The notes under the pieces were generated by a model. That model was not told where the DNA came from. It searched no databases and was given only the letters and a program-made list of their open reading frames with translations. From Eledone cirrhosa (taxonomy: Eukaryota), in assembly GCA_964016885.1 (NCBI GenBank), contig OZ024743.1:148738001-148802000 (forward strand): a stretch of DNA of 64,000 nucleotides, in the 5' to 3' direction. The position numbers and the translations under genes were made by a program. This document shows positions 1 through 12,703 of this stretch, one piece after another (position 1 is the stretch's first letter; each line of letters opens with the position of its first letter).

Positions 1-29
1 TCTGCTGACCAAATTCCACACTCTATAAA

Positions 30-258
30 GGTGGTTGGCGTTAGGAAGGGCATGCAGCTATAGAAAACCAGCCCTAAAAGCCCCCAGCCCACACTGTAGA
101 GTGGATGTTTAAAAAACATGGCAAAAAGCACCCAGCACACACTGTCAATGTAGTTGGCGTTAGGAAGGGCATCCAGCCATAGAAAACCGGCCAGAAACAC
201 TCCTATATGAGTGAGACATGGTCAAACTCGTCTAACCCATGGTAGCACGGATGATGAA
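30..258 (+). mobile_element. 3' part of SINE/RTE-LINE tail (TGGTTGGCGTTAGGAAGGGCATCCAGC family)
   Basis: The motif is present twice and is shared with the RTE 3' UTR at 60983-61374. It ends in AACCCATG...GATGATGA. Confidence 0.7.
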
Positions 259-602
259 GGCATTTATCATCCTGAGGCTATAGTAAAAGGTATTTGCCTA
301 AGTTGACATGTGGTAGGACTGAACCCAGAACCAGATGCTTGTGAAGTGAATTCCTTAACCATACTGCCATATATGTAATGTAGTTATAAATTAAATATCC
401 AAAGAAGAGAGTGCCTTCAATCAGTGATACGAGTTAAAAATAAATGAATTTATTAAACTACTATAAATATAGCATATTCACTACAGCTTTTCAAGTATAG
501 TAACTGCCTGAAACTAAATTGATCTAAACATTGAAGCTTAATCTGTATAAAGTGAACAACTGTAATGAATAATCTGTATTTATAGTAGTTAAATAAAATG
601 CT

Positions 603-770
603 TCGAGACCTCAAGCATATTTGGACCCTGTACTGCTGAGCTCCTCTGTAAGATCAGAAAAAAGGTGGCCCGTTTAAGGAAGGAACCCTGCGAGCTGGGG
701 TGGCTGTTGTAGCAGGTGTTGCTAGCCATTGTCTGTGGGAATGCTTTTGCAGTCTTATCTGCAGGGCACA
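603..770 (+). pseudogene. Degenerate C-terminal fragment of a CRE-like non-LTR retrotransposon ORF
   Basis: Manual translation gives ETSSIFGPCTAELLCKIRKKVARLRKEPCELGWLL*Q, then GNAFAVL after a frameshift. This resembles the CRE-clade C-terminus (ET.G.WG...L.QRLS.AI.RGNA). A related minus-strand copy lies at 2090-2226. Confidence 0.5.
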
Positions 771-1467
771 GCCTCATTACCGCCGTGCTCTAGACCCATA
801 GCTCAATCAGTTCAGAGCAGTTGCTGCTCAGATGTGCCCCACATTAAAGTAATACATCTCACTTAGCAATGGCAGAGATGCTGCTACACACATATACAGG
901 CTAGAGCCCTTGTCACAAGATAAAACCTATTCATCTGATAAGCATTACTAAAATGTTTGAACTACTTGTCTGTCAACACATTGTTCTTCTTGTCTTTTTT
1001 CCAGCTGTCAGAAGAGTGTCTCCTCTTTTCCATTTCAGCTGCTTAGAAAAGACTTCATTCCTCTGAATTTACTGACTGTGTAACAACCCCACTCAATGCA
1101 TCTGCCTCTTCTAGTCTCAGATTCCCTCTACTGGATCTCCACCCATACAACTAATCTCATCTTACTCAATCTTTCCTCCCCAAAGCTTGATCATCTGAAT
1201 CTCACCCCCTCTATCTTTATTTTTTCCCTGAATAACTAATTTTTAAAACTTCAAAACAGACCAATTCCAATAATAAATATTTCTTCACTAAACTAAACTA
1301 TCTGCCTTTCTAGGGAGCCTATTAGAATTTATGTAATTCTCATTTCGCAGTTAACTAATAAAGAAAATTATATGTGATAGTAAATATATATAGCTCACAA
1401 GGAGCTTCTCTCTTACTCCACACTACACACCAATTGCATATCTAAACACATTATCTATCTATATGTA

Positions 1468-1657
1468 GGGCGGTGGATTGGCAGTATCGGTAGAGAGTCA
1501 GACGCCATGCTTTGCAGCTTAGTTACGTCCCTTTACGGACTGAGTTCAAATCCCGCCGAGGTTAACTTTGCCTTTCATCCTTACGGGGTCGATAAAATAA
1601 AGTACCAGTAATGCACTGGGTAATTGCTGGCCTTGTGCCTAAAGTAGAAACAATTAT
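1468..1657 (+). mobile_element. tRNA-derived SINE with Meta-like central domain
   Basis: A box TGGCAGTATCGG, B box GAGTTCAAATCC, central CTTTGCCTTTCATCCTTACGGGGTCGATAAAATAAAGTACCAG (MetaSINE-like) and tail GTAGAAACAATTAT. More than 15 copies occur in the window. Confidence 0.85.
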
Positions 1658-1823
1658 CTGTCTATTTGTTTATTTATTTATTTACAGTATTTATTTATTT
1701 CATTTATGAAAATACGAATACAAAAGATAATATGATAGAAAGAAACAAAGAAAAAGAAAGAAGAAAGAGAAAATTAAATAGTGTAAGTAAGGAAAAAAGG
1801 GAAGGAAGTAGCATACTCTACAC

Positions 1824-2018
1824 CAGGCATGTCAAACTGAGGGTACCCCGATGGCCACATGGGTCACAAATATGTTGTCTGAGGGCCACACATGACAACT
1901 AATTGCGCACATTACAACTAATTTTTTTATTTTATATTTATTATGAAGATAAAACATGATAAAAACTTTGTGCAGGCCACAGGTGTGCTTGAAAAGGGCT
2001 GCTTGTTTGACATGCCTG
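1824..2018. mobile_element. hAT-type MITE
   Basis: TIRs CAGGCATGTCAAAC / GTTTGACATGCCTG and a perfect 8-bp TSD CTCTACAC (1816-1823, 2019-2026). Confidence 0.92.
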
Positions 2019-2089
2019 CTCTACACTCCAGTCTATATTGTTATGACTCAGTTGCACCCCATGGATAAAATGGCAAAGTCATTGGTACA

Positions 2090-2226
2090 GTAAATAGCCA
2101 GTGACACTTGCTACATCAGCCATTCTACCTCAGGGCTCCTTTCTTAGGTGGGATGCATGCCTCCTAATTTTACCAAGAAAACCTTTAGTTCATTTACTGT
2201 GGACACCTGGGATCTCTATCGCAACT
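2090..2226 (-). pseudogene. Second degenerate CRE-like LINE C-terminal fragment
   Basis: The reverse complement gives VAIEIPG...KIRRHASHLRKEP...EWLM*QVSLAI, homologous to 603-770. Confidence 0.45.
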
Positions 2227-2595
2227 AGCAAGAAAAGGAAACAATCAGTAAGAAAGTTAGTATATATTCAAATTAAGGTTCTGAAATACTGGAAAGGTAA
2301 CAAAAATAAAAACAAAGGATTATTGCATTGTTATTAAATTGTTGTTCCATTTTATATACTTCAGTGATGATATACTATAGGTACAAAAAGCAATGTTGCT
2401 GCTATAACTGTATTAGACTGAGCTGTAATTTGAAACTCAAATAAATAGTTATGCTTTTTATGGATATATGAACATGAATGAAAGTAAAATTGAGTGTCAA
2501 ATTCATGTCATGAATGAAGAATTAGTATATTGAGATACAAGTAGTCAAAGTAATTTTCTAATTATTTAGATTGTTAACATATGTTTTGTGTCATA

Positions 2596-2704
2596 ATTGT
2601 TTCTACTTTAGGCACAAGGCCAGCAATTACCCAGTGCATTACTGGTACTTTATTTTATCGACCCCGTAAGGATGAAAGGCAAAGTCAACCTCGGCGGGAT
2701 TTGA
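2596..2704 (-). mobile_element. Meta-like SINE, 5'-truncated
   Basis: Reverse complement of the 3' half of 1468-1657. Confidence 0.8.
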
Positions 2705-2911
2705 AAGTGTCATAATACATTGCATTCCCAGAAGTAACAATATGGTTTTGTAGAAATGGAATGAAACATAGCATACTTAGACACTGTTTAAATCATTGCA
2801 TAATATTTAACAAGTCTTACACCTACAACTATTGAGCAAAAGAAGAGGAACTGGTGGAGATTTATGGAGGAGTTTTAAGGAGGAACATAACCATCAATAA
2901 TTTGCCAACAT

Positions 2912-3087
2912 GGCGGTGGATTGGCAGTATCGGTAGAGGGTCGGACGCCATGCTTTCCAGCATAGTTATGTCCCTTTACGATCTGAGTTCAACAACTTTG
3001 CCTTTCATCCTTACGGGGTCGATAAAATAAAGTACCAGTAATGCACTGGATAATTGCTGGCCTTGTGCCTAACGTAGAAACAATTAT
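2912..3087 (+). mobile_element. Meta-like SINE (small internal deletion)
   Basis: Matches 1468-1657. Confidence 0.8.
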
Positions 3088-3341
3088 TTTCAGAACTAAA
3101 GAAGTGTTGCTGTGTTCTGCTGTTGACTGTGATTGTATAAAAGTATTTAAATAACTGCTGTAAAGAAATACTCCAAATGAATCTGATTAAATTTGAAATG
3201 ACTATACTCTAAACAAGGATAAGCAGCAAATGTAAGCATACTTCTCCCTCAGTTGTATCCAAGATTGTATAGTAGTCTTTGGGGATTATCACAAACTAGC
3301 TATAACCACCTGATAACCACCTGCCAACATATTCTATAATA

Positions 3342-3449
3342 TAATTGTTTCTACAATTGGCACAAGGCCAGCAATTACCCAGGACATTACTGGTACTTTA
3401 TATTATCGACCCCGTAAGGATGAAAGGCAAAGTTAACCTCGGCGGGATT
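3342..3449 (-). mobile_element. Meta-like SINE, 5'-truncated
   Basis: Reverse complement of the SINE 3' half. Confidence 0.8.
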
Positions 3450-3910
3450 CTATAATATAATATATATAATATAGTCCTAGATACAACAAAAATGATGGGA
3501 TGGTAATGAAAGGAATGGAGTTGACCCATTACCCAATACTACCCACTTTTCACAAAATATAGTAGAAAGCAGCACTCCCTTCTTTAACATCACCCTTCTC
3601 TGCAGAGGAGTTTGCAACCTTATGTAGTGCACGACCTCCTTCACCATAGCTATCAGACAGAGAAAGATGTCTACACTTCATTACTAAAGAAAGGCAGTGA
3701 GTTGATCTTTATGATAGATCTGAGAGTCAGAATTATCCAACATGTGATAAACGCTGTTCAACATAAAACATTCAGAGACACAAAATGAGAGCATGCAGGA
3801 CAGCTTAACAGTGTTACTCAAGCTCATTTCTAAGGAGGGGAATTGGATGGCACTACTCCCTACTCCCACACAAGTTTTTACTAATGCAATTTCATATATA
3901 TATATATATA

Positions 3911-4225
3911 TCATTATCATCATCATCATCATTTTACGTCCGCTTTTCCCTGTTTGCAAGGGTGGGACGGGAACTGATTCTGGCTTGATTTCTACAGCTT
4001 GATGCCTTTCCTAGCGCCAACCTCATTTACAGTGAGTGCTGGGTGCTTTTTTTCTGTGGCGCCTACACGACCACTTTACAGTGTGGGCTGGGTGCTTTTT
4101 TGCCATGGCACCTCCACGACCACTTTGCAGTCGAATGATAGGGACACCAATCCCTATCATCTCATTTCTACAGCTGAGTAAACTGGAGCAATGTGAAATA
4201 AAGTGTCTTGCTTAAGGAAACAACA
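3911..4225 (-). mobile_element. CORE-type SINE with RTE-derived tail, head missing
   Basis: CORE-like (RC) CCTTAAGCAAGACACTTTATTTCACATTGCTCCAGTTTACTCAGCTGTAGAAATGAG and tail GGACGTAAAA(TGA)n. Matches 15495-15836. Confidence 0.8.
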
Positions 4226-4489
4226 TATATTTATACATATATACATATGTATACATGTATATATATTTATATATATATATATATATGTATACATACATAT
4301 ATATAAAAAATTAATGCAATTGAGTTAAATGAAATAATGTAATGGCCAGAGTGAAAAGAAGGAAAATTGAGGATGTTGTATCCAAGGCATTATTAAATAA
4401 AATACATTTTACAATAAACCTCATCATTTTCATGGATACTATGCTAGTACATATATCTATGATATCGAAATATACACGTATATATACCC

Positions 4490-4805
4490 CAGACAGTAAA
4501 GTGGTTGTGTAGGTGTCATGACAAAAAGCACACAACCCACACTGTAAAGTGGTCCTGTAGGTGGCATGGCAAAAAGCACCCAGCCCACACTGTAAATTGG
4601 TCGTGTAGGAGTCACGACAAAAAGCACCCAGCCCACACTGTAAATGTGGTTGGCGTTAGGAAGAGCACCAAGCCATCGAAACCAAGCCAGAAACAGTGCT
4701 CTGTGAGTAAGATAGGGTCACCTGATCCAACTTGTCTCAAACAGGACTACACATCTAACCCATGCTAGTGTGGAAAAATGGACGCTAAACGATGATGATC
4801 ATGAT
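4490..4805 (+). mobile_element. RTE 3'UTR / SINE tail with tandem ~40-bp subrepeats
   Basis: Three to four copies of CATGACAAAAAGCACCCAGCCCACACTGTAAAGTGGT, ending in GGACGCTAAACGATGATGA. Confidence 0.75.
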
Positions 4806-6017
4806 ATATATATATATATGTAGATAGATAGATAGAGAGAGAGAAGGGGAAAAAGAGAAAGAAAGAGAAAAATGTAAATGTATACATACATATGCAACAC
4901 ATACAAATATATAAACACACATGCACATACAGACTTAGATATACATATGCATCTACCCCCTCTCTCTCTTTGTGTATATATATATATACATATATATATA
5001 TATACATGCATGTATGCATGTACATAATCATTAAAAATACAAAAAGCATAAAAAAAGAAGTTAAAAAAGAATGTTAATTGTAATTACCAAATAAATCAGA
5101 TTTGGTGGATTATCGAGTTGCAATCTTGTGATAAATATATTAACGACACACAATAATTAGATTCTAGATAGAGGGGAATGGATGATGAGATAATGAAGTA
5201 AATACTGTACAATCATTGACATGATTGTAATTTGCAGGAATTCCTGATACACACATTAGCTCATGTGCATGTGCACGCGCACAGACTCACACGCACTCAG
5301 ACACAGAACACATAAACCTCACACTTTATAAAGTTAATATTATTCGCTCTGCTAATCTCCTAATTTTGAATCGAACTCTTCCCTCATTAAATCTTATGGC
5401 TGTGCCTACAGAATTATATATCTATATCTATATAAATATAAATATAAATATAATTGTATATATGAGAGAGAAAAACACAGATATAAGTATACATGTGTTC
5501 CAATTGCAAAGGACCAAGTTAGCTAGGTTGAAAAAATACTAACTTAAAACAATATGGTTTGCCTGACTCGATTTAAAGTAATAAATCAGTAAAAATAACA
5601 AACCTACATCGGGCAACAGTCTTTGATACCCAGACAGACCTAAATCTGTTGCTCAAGAATTATTAAGTGAAAGCCACCGTTCCTGTGCTCTTCAGTAGGT
5701 ATCCAGAAATTCGTACCTTTCCCTTCAAAGGATCTAAGAAGACTGAACAATATGCTGATATAAAAGCACATGTTGCAGCACCTAGCGCGTCTCATGCTCA
5801 TGCCGCTAAAAATAGCAGCCGGGTTTATGAGACTAAAGTTAGCTCTACGTATCATAAATTGAGTTATATATATATAAATTTATAACCAAAGATTATTATG
5901 GTTCGTTGATTATTCAATAAATACAATTTTACAAAAGATTAGAAGCACTCGACAGTTAATTTTCCTGGAAAATTTAATATTATTCAAAATATTAACAAAT
6001 GAAAAATATTCTCATAA

Positions 6018-6210
6018 TCAAAATATATATTTTATTATACATATTTCAAAGGTACAATGGTGTTTAAGTTAGTTTTCATCAGACAAAGTATAAGATTTGA
6101 CATACCGCTACGGTTTTGATTATTCAATTCCAATATTTTGTCTGATGAAAACGTACTTAAACACCATTGTACCTACCTTTGGAATATGTATAATAAAATA
6201 TATATTTTGA
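6018..6210. mobile_element. Inverted-duplicated Penelope-like pLTR end with a hammerhead motif in each arm
   Basis: Arms ~6018-6086 and 6137-6210 are inverted. Motif: TATTTTGT-CTGATGA-stem II-GAAAT/GGAAT ATGT ATA-ATAAAATA. Same family as 48091-48155. Confidence 0.65.
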
Positions 6211-6699
6211 ATAATATATAAATTTATATATATATATATATATAATTCTGCAAAAGATCAAAGTATATCTTTAGAATCTTTTGTGGGCACAGTCATAAGA
6301 TTTAATGAGTTTGGTTTAAGATATATCATCTTCATCATCATCAATTACTGACCATTGTCCCTGCTATCATGGATTGGACAGATCATTGCAGACCAAGTCA
6401 GTACTAAATCAGAGTTACCAATCTTTCATATAATTATCACAATACAATGGAAAAAACTGAACAGAGTTGACTGCAAAGAGGCAAACCACTCTTACATAAA
6501 TGTTTTGAATCTATTCAGGGATTTTTGTTCACCTTTTTCCATCACTTTACTCAATTTATTTAATTATTTTTACAATTATTTGCATTTGACAATTATATTT
6601 TCAAGTCACTTGACCTATCTGGGATCATAATATGACAGCACCTCTAACCCATGCAAGCATGGAAAATAGACATTAACTAGTGATGGTGTTGTGATATAT

Positions 6700-6929
6700 A
6701 TATCACAGAAAAAAAGAGAATCGGTGTTGCGACGAATGGAATTTATTGGACATATTACAATTGTTTTTCTGGCGACCAGCTCGAGGCACGATCGATGTGA
6801 TGATCGAACCTGACTCTGAAAATCGCAAGGTCCGCAGATACATCTTGATTCTACGAAGCATGCTTCGATTGTAATATGTCCAATAAATTCCATTCGTCGC
6901 AACACTGATTCTCTTTTTTTCTGTGATAT
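6700..6929. mobile_element. Inverted-repeat element (62-bp arms), PLE-end-like
   Basis: 6700-6761 is the reverse complement of 6868-6929. A 14-bp perfect palindrome CGAAGCATGCTTCG (6854-6867) sits at the junction. A degenerate hammerhead lies on the minus strand. Confidence 0.6.
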
Positions 6930-7031
6930 CATACTCTACTCCATGAGAGCATCGAGTGCTCATACGGCCTACCGCATACTGATGCTCTAAGCATCCAACA
7001 CCAATTTTATATATATATATATATATATATA

Positions 7032-8025
7032 CTAGCAACAGTACCCAGCGTTGCCTGGGTAGGTAAAATAATATCTGCTTTGATGAAAAGGTGTTGATCT
7101 TAGTGACTGCTTCTCGATGACTCATCTATAGCCACACACAGGCCATGCGGAGGAGGGTGGTGATGACCTCTATCACTGAGAAACGCAGGTGACTGACGAA
7201 GAGGCATGCTGGGGGAGGGAGGTAATGACCTTTAACACTAAGCCAAATTCCCTCACGCTACTTGATTGGAAACCGATGAATTCTCAAATACACAACTAAA
7301 AGCTCAGACTACGTTAGTGGCCATCGTTTTGCCTTTGACCATCTATAAGATGTGCAATGATAGGTTCTATCGTAGTATAAAATTTGAACCAAATAAATTG
7401 ATTTATGTGTGAGGTGGAGCCGAAGTTTCGAATTTGAACGAAATCGGTTGAAAAATGTGGGAGTTAGAGCCGAAAAGGCGGAAATTTGAACGAAAAGTTG
7501 GTATTTTCGAATATTTAAGTGGTTGCCACGCCGTTCCTCAACAAAAAATCCAAAATGTAAAGCCAGCTTAAGACGTGACATAATTAGATCTAACGTAGTC
7601 TAAAATTTGAACAAAGTAGGTTGATTAATGTGGGAGCTTGAGTCTAAAAGTGGTATATTTGAATATTTAAGCGGCTGCCATGACGTCCCTGAACAACAAA
7701 TGCAAAATATAAAGCCATTACATGATGTGCAATGATAAATTCTATTTTGCTTCAAAATGTGAACGAAATCGGTGGCAAAATGTAGGAGCTAGAGCCAAAA
7801 GTCTTATTTTTCGATACCTAAAAAAAGGTGACTCCCCCCTATCGATTTTTATCTGCAGAATGACCCCGGAATAAAAAAACGATACGCTGATATATATAAA
7901 AAAAAAACACTCAATGGTGACTAATCTATGAGCCTGTAAAGTTTCATGAAAATTGGTCGTAAGATGTAGGCCCCTATATGTAATACACAGACACACACAC
8001 ACATACTTAATTTTATATATATATG
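7032..8025 (-). mobile_element. Non-autonomous Helitron-like element
   Basis: Minus-strand 3' end CTAG followed by T, subterminal hairpin ACCCAGCGTTGCCTGGGT (7043-7060), and a microsatellite-rich 5' end. This is the Lep1/HINE-like architecture. Confidence 0.6.
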
Positions 8026-8095
8026 TGTGTGTGTGTGTGTGTACAGATTAAGTAAAATCGAAATCAGTGTTGCAGCATATGTACTAACTTTATTG

Positions 8096-8184
8096 GCATA
8101 TTACAATTGTTTTGCTATTGAACAGCTCAGGGTAAAATCAAAATTTTGGGGCCTAACTCTTTTTCGACATCTCATCAGATATGC
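8096..8184 (-). ncRNA. Type-I hammerhead ribozyme motif (decayed)
   Basis: RC reads GCATAT-CTGATGA-long stem II region-(C)AAAAC AATT GTA-ATATGC-CAATAAA. Stem I is a perfect 6 bp. GAAAC has become AAAAC, consistent with CpG decay. Confidence 0.6.
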
Positions 8185-8345
8185 AAGTTTATATGTGCAA
8201 AGATACATCTAAACTTTTGACAGAGGTCCCAGGATCTTTAACTGTAGTTACAAACCTAACTAACATCATCATTATTATCGTTTAACATCCATCTTCCACG
8301 CTAGCATGGGTAGGATGATATATCTATCTATATATATAAAAATGA

Positions 8346-8556
8346 AGGCGTGTGGCTGAGTGGTTAGAGAATTGGATTTGCAATCGTAAGGTTGTGAGTT
8401 CAATTCCTGGACCAGGCGATGCGTTATGTCCTTGAGCAAGACACTTTATTTCACGTTGCTCCTTCTACCTGGAGTTGCGACCGATAGATAGTATTAGCAA
8501 TTGGAAAGACCAACGGAAACGTTGTTCCCTCGGTCCGATTTGACGGAAGTCGATCG
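8346..8556 (+). mobile_element. Short CORE-type tRNA SINE with distinct tail
   Basis: A box TGGCTGAGTGG, B box GAGTTCAATTCC, CORE CCTTGAGCAAGACACTTTATTTCAC and tail GGTCCGATTTGACGGAAGTCGATCG. A second copy is at 54428-54637. Confidence 0.8.
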
Positions 8557-9027
8557 TTTAAAAATATATAAAATGACTGAGATAGACACTGTATGTGGCA
8601 AATGTAGAGGAAATATAACCACTAAGAGCACATATGAAATTGTTAGGCTAAATTGAATGGAAGGCTCCATAGTCAGCAATGATGCAGGATGCTCTGAAAT
8701 GTGATAGCCAGTGTAAGAACAGACTGGAAGAAGTTTAGGGAGTTTGTACCAGTCCTGACAACATATGGAGACTCATTGGTAGACCCCCAAGCAGGATTGT
8801 TGGTTAACAGCCATGAGCTTGGCTGTTCTTGCTTGGGGAAGCAGCTGGAGGAATTGGAAACAGTTATCTCTGACAGAACCCGCTGGAAGGTGTGTTTGCG
8901 GACTCTGCACCCATGACCTTCTCAGAAATAAGTGAGAGGAGGAGGGGGAGGAGGAGAAGGAGAAGAAGAAGAAGAAGTTAAAAGTATATCTCATGCAATG
9001 ATGGAAGACAAAGAGCTTCCACTAGGG

Positions 9028-11454
9028 CAGGGGTCACTAACTACGGCCCTCAGGCCTGAACAGGCCCGCGACGTCAGTTCATCAGGCCCGCCGACGGTAC
9101 TTGCATTTGCGTGATAAAACGGATGGAACACGAGATGTTTCTAATTCAATGTCTTTATTATTTTCAGATCCCGTTTTCTTCACCCTTTATTATGGCTACT
9201 AAGAAAAGAAAAGTGGACGCCGAGTGTCGCGTTTTCAATGAAGAATGGGGAGTAAAGTACTTCTTTGTGGAAACAAAGGACCTGAAAGCTAGTTGCGTGG
9301 TATGCAGCGAAAGTGTTGCCGTTTTGAAAGAGTACAATCTTCGGCGTCACTATGAAACAAAACATCTATCAACATATTCAAAGTTTTCTGGAAAGTTACG
9401 CTCTGAGAAATATGAGTCAATGAAACGTGGTTTAGAAACTCAAAGAAATCTCTTCACGAGAAAGTTTGCTGAAAATGAATCTGTCACCCGTACAAGTTAC
9501 AAAATAGTGCATAAGTTGGCAGAGCAAGGAAAACCGTTTACTGGTGGCAACTTCATCAAAGTGTGTATGATGGAAGCAGCAAATGACTTGTGTCCTGAGA
9601 AAGCCGATTTGTTTGGAAGTATCAGCCTTTCGGCAAGTTCAGTTGTGCGTAGAACAGAAGAACTTGGAGAGAACATAGTGCTACAGATACGCGAGAAAGC
9701 TAGGAACTTGTTGTGGTATTCTCTGGCGCTGTATGAGTCTACTGATCTCTCGAGTACGTCACAACTTCTCGTGTTCATTCGTGGTGTCAATTTGGACTTT
9801 CAGATAACGGAAGAGTTGGCAGCCATTTGCTGCATGCATGGAACAACAACTGGAAAAGACATTTTCATGGAAGTGCAGAAAACTTTGCTGTGAACTTCAT
9901 TCGGGGACATGTACTCAATCACCGTCAGTTCCAGGCTTTTCTTGAAGAAATTGATTCTGATTTCTGTGACTTGCCTTATCACACAGCAGTGATGTGGCTC
10001 AGCTACGGTAAAGTCCTGTTTCGTTTTTACAAGCTCCGAAACGAAATAGATGTTTTGCTCGCTGCAAAGATAGAGCTGAACCACAGCTGTCAGATCCTAC
10101 CTTCAGTGGAATCAGCTTCGAGGTGTTACAGTTGATGGAGGAAAAAACATGGCTGGAGTGAGGAAGGGTCTGGTCGGGCAGATCAGGACTCAGTTGGAAG
10201 ATTTGCAAATTCCGGGCGCTGTGTTCATACACTGCATCACACATCAGCAAGCACTCTGTGGGAAAGACTTGGATATTTCTTGTGTACTGAAACCAGTCGT
10301 TTCTGCTGTGAACTTCATTCGGGGACATGCACTCAATCACCGTCAGTTCCAGGCTTTTCTTGAAGAAATTGATTCTGATTTCTATGACTTGCCTTATCAC
10401 ACAGCAGTGATGTGACTCAGCTGCGGTAAAGTCCTGTTTCGTTTTTACAAGTTCCGAAACGAAATAGATGTTTTTCTCACTGAAAAAGATAGAGCTGATC
10501 CATAGCTGTCAGATCCTACCTGGCTGTCAAAGTTGACATTTTTGGTCGACATCACATCCCACATGAATGAACTGAACTTGAAACTTCAGGGAAAGAATAA
10601 CCTCGTCTCTGATCTCTACAGAATCACCAAAGGATTTCGGAGAAAGCTGTCACTGTTTCAAAGAGTTTTGCGCTACAATTGCTGAAGATGTCAACCTCGA
10701 TTTTCCTAAAAAGATTATTCGTGACTTGAAGAAGCATTTTTTGGAGAGATTTTCTGATCTCGACAGAATTGAGAGTGACATTCTTCTGTTCCAGAATCCA
10801 TTTGATTGTAACCTTGATGATGTGCCAGTCGAACTTCAGTTGGAGCTCATTGATTTGCAAGGAAATGACTTGTTGAAAGAGAAGCACAGAGAAGGAAAAC
10901 TTGAATTTTACCGCTTCTTACCTGATGTTGAGTTTCCGAAATTGAAGAAATTTGCCGCTGGTATGGCATCATTGTTTGGAACACCTTATGTCTGTGAGCA
11001 AACATTTTCAAAAATGAAGTATGTGAAGTCAACACATCGAACGAGATTGACTGATGAACATTTGGAAGCAATTCTCTTGATTGGATGCAGAAATTCCAAA
11101 CCAAACATTGATATCATGAAAGCCAAACGTTAGTTTCGCAAATCTCACTAACCTTTTTTGCTGCTTAGTTTGTAAGATTCGGATATGTGCACACTAGGTC
11201 TGATGTAACTATATTTTTGCTAACGTCGCCTTCTTCGATAACTTTCTAGTAAATAAATATGTTGGTTGTCTTTGTTTTTTGTGCATTGCACGCCACTCAC
11301 CCATGATTAACATGGAATACTAAACGTAGTGTTTCGTCTTTTTTCCCAGAGCTTTCGTTCTGGCTTGCAAGTATTGAACAGAATGATTATGTGGCCCGCG
11401 CTCGTCAGTCTTTCAGTTATCCGGCCCACTGTGAAAAAAGTTTGGTGACCACTG
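9028..11454 (+). mobile_element. hAT-superfamily DNA transposon (GTF2IRD2/SPIN/Buster-like), decayed
   Basis: TIRs CAGGGGTCACTAACT / AGTTTGGTGACCACTG with GGCCC subterminal repeats. The TSD is only partly conserved (CACTAGGG vs CACTCAAT). Confidence 0.88.
9192..11150 (+). pseudogene. Disrupted hAT transposase
   Basis: MATKKRKVDAECRVFNEEW, BED-like C..C/RRHYETKH, SLALYESTD (catalytic D altered), TVDGG, IHCITHQQALC, FGTPYVCEQTFSKMK and RTRLTDEHL. It carries stops, frameshifts and an internal duplication. Confidence 0.9.
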
Positions 11455-11577
11455 CACTCAATTCTGCTGCATTTTGCTTTCTAGGGCTGAATTGATTTAA
11501 CCATTTGAAACTGCTTGTAAGACAAAGAAGCAGTTGCCTAACCAGTTATCAAATCTGCAAGAGAAAGTCAAGATTAA

Positions 11578-12083
11578 CCCTTTTCATACCAAATCACGTG
11601 CAACTGCACCTGGTTCTATGGTTAAAACTGTTGTATTTTTTTTATTGTCTATCATTTTCATCGTTTAACATCTATAGTTTTGCTAGCAAGGGTTGGACCT
11701 GTCATCACATTCCAGTCAATACTTTTGGTGGTCTGGGGGCTTAACATATGATCTCATGTGATACTGAGTCCATTTTATCATGGTACCAACACTAGGGAAT
11801 CTGTCATGTCTGTAGCATAGATGAAAATAGTCCTCCCAAACTTTGTTGGCAAGTTTTCTATAACAGGAGGCCTTTCCTATCACCAACTACTTTACAGAGT
11901 GTAATAGGTATATTTATCTATAAACAACTCATCATAATTTTATGTAAGAAACTTTTTTTATGTTATATTCCAAACACCTGCTTAATAATAAGAAAACTAA
12001 TTATGTTATCAAATCCCTCCAGATTACTGATTAATTGAAACATAAAGACTGTGTATTTCATTAGAAATATGCGAATGAAAGGG
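11578..12083. mobile_element. piggyBac-type MITE (degenerate) with nested SINE remnant
   Basis: TTAA|CCCTTTTCAT...ATGAAAGGG|TTAA, with internal similarity to 46274-46490. Confidence 0.5.
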
Positions 12084-12667
12084 TTAAGACATATTGACAT
12101 GTCACATATCAATAATAATCAAAGACACATATGATGGTATCATACACCTATGAAATCTGTGATAGAACCTGCAGGTCAGCCACCAGCTTGTCTCAATAAG
12201 TATCTTAGAGTCCATGACAGGGAGGCAGTACATTTGTCAAAAGGAAAAAAGGAAGGAAGCCCAAAAGGTGGTCATACTCGGTAGTGCTTCAACAGCCACC
12301 ATACATACAGATATGTATCTATGTACATGTATACATATGTATGCATGTATGTATATATGTATGCCTGTATGTATGCAATGCATATATACACATATGTAGG
12401 CATGCATGTAATCATGTTCATATTTCTGAAGTGTGAAAATAAAAAAATAACATCTTATTAAATCTAGTGCTGTATATAATTTATATAACATAGCAAAATA
12501 TAAATAAACAAAAGACAAAAGCAAAATAAAAACAAACAATGCCAATAGCAACAAAAATATAAACAGCAACAAAACACATGTGAAATTTAATATTCTGTAT
12601 TAATAGCATCCTTCTTAGTGAAGCCTCCATGAAGAATTCCTTGAAAATATACAATAGAGAGAGGTAG

Positions 12668-12703
<36 letters not shown>

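Noticed and set aside
4490-4660. Regularly spaced ~40-bp direct repeats resembling a CRISPR array
   Set aside because: There are no unique spacers and no cas genes. They are subrepeats of the RTE/SINE 3' UTR in eukaryotic DNA.
9111-9893. Possible domesticated GTF2IRD2-like gene
   Set aside because: It has TIRs, stops, frameshifts and an altered catalytic residue, so it is a dead transposon.
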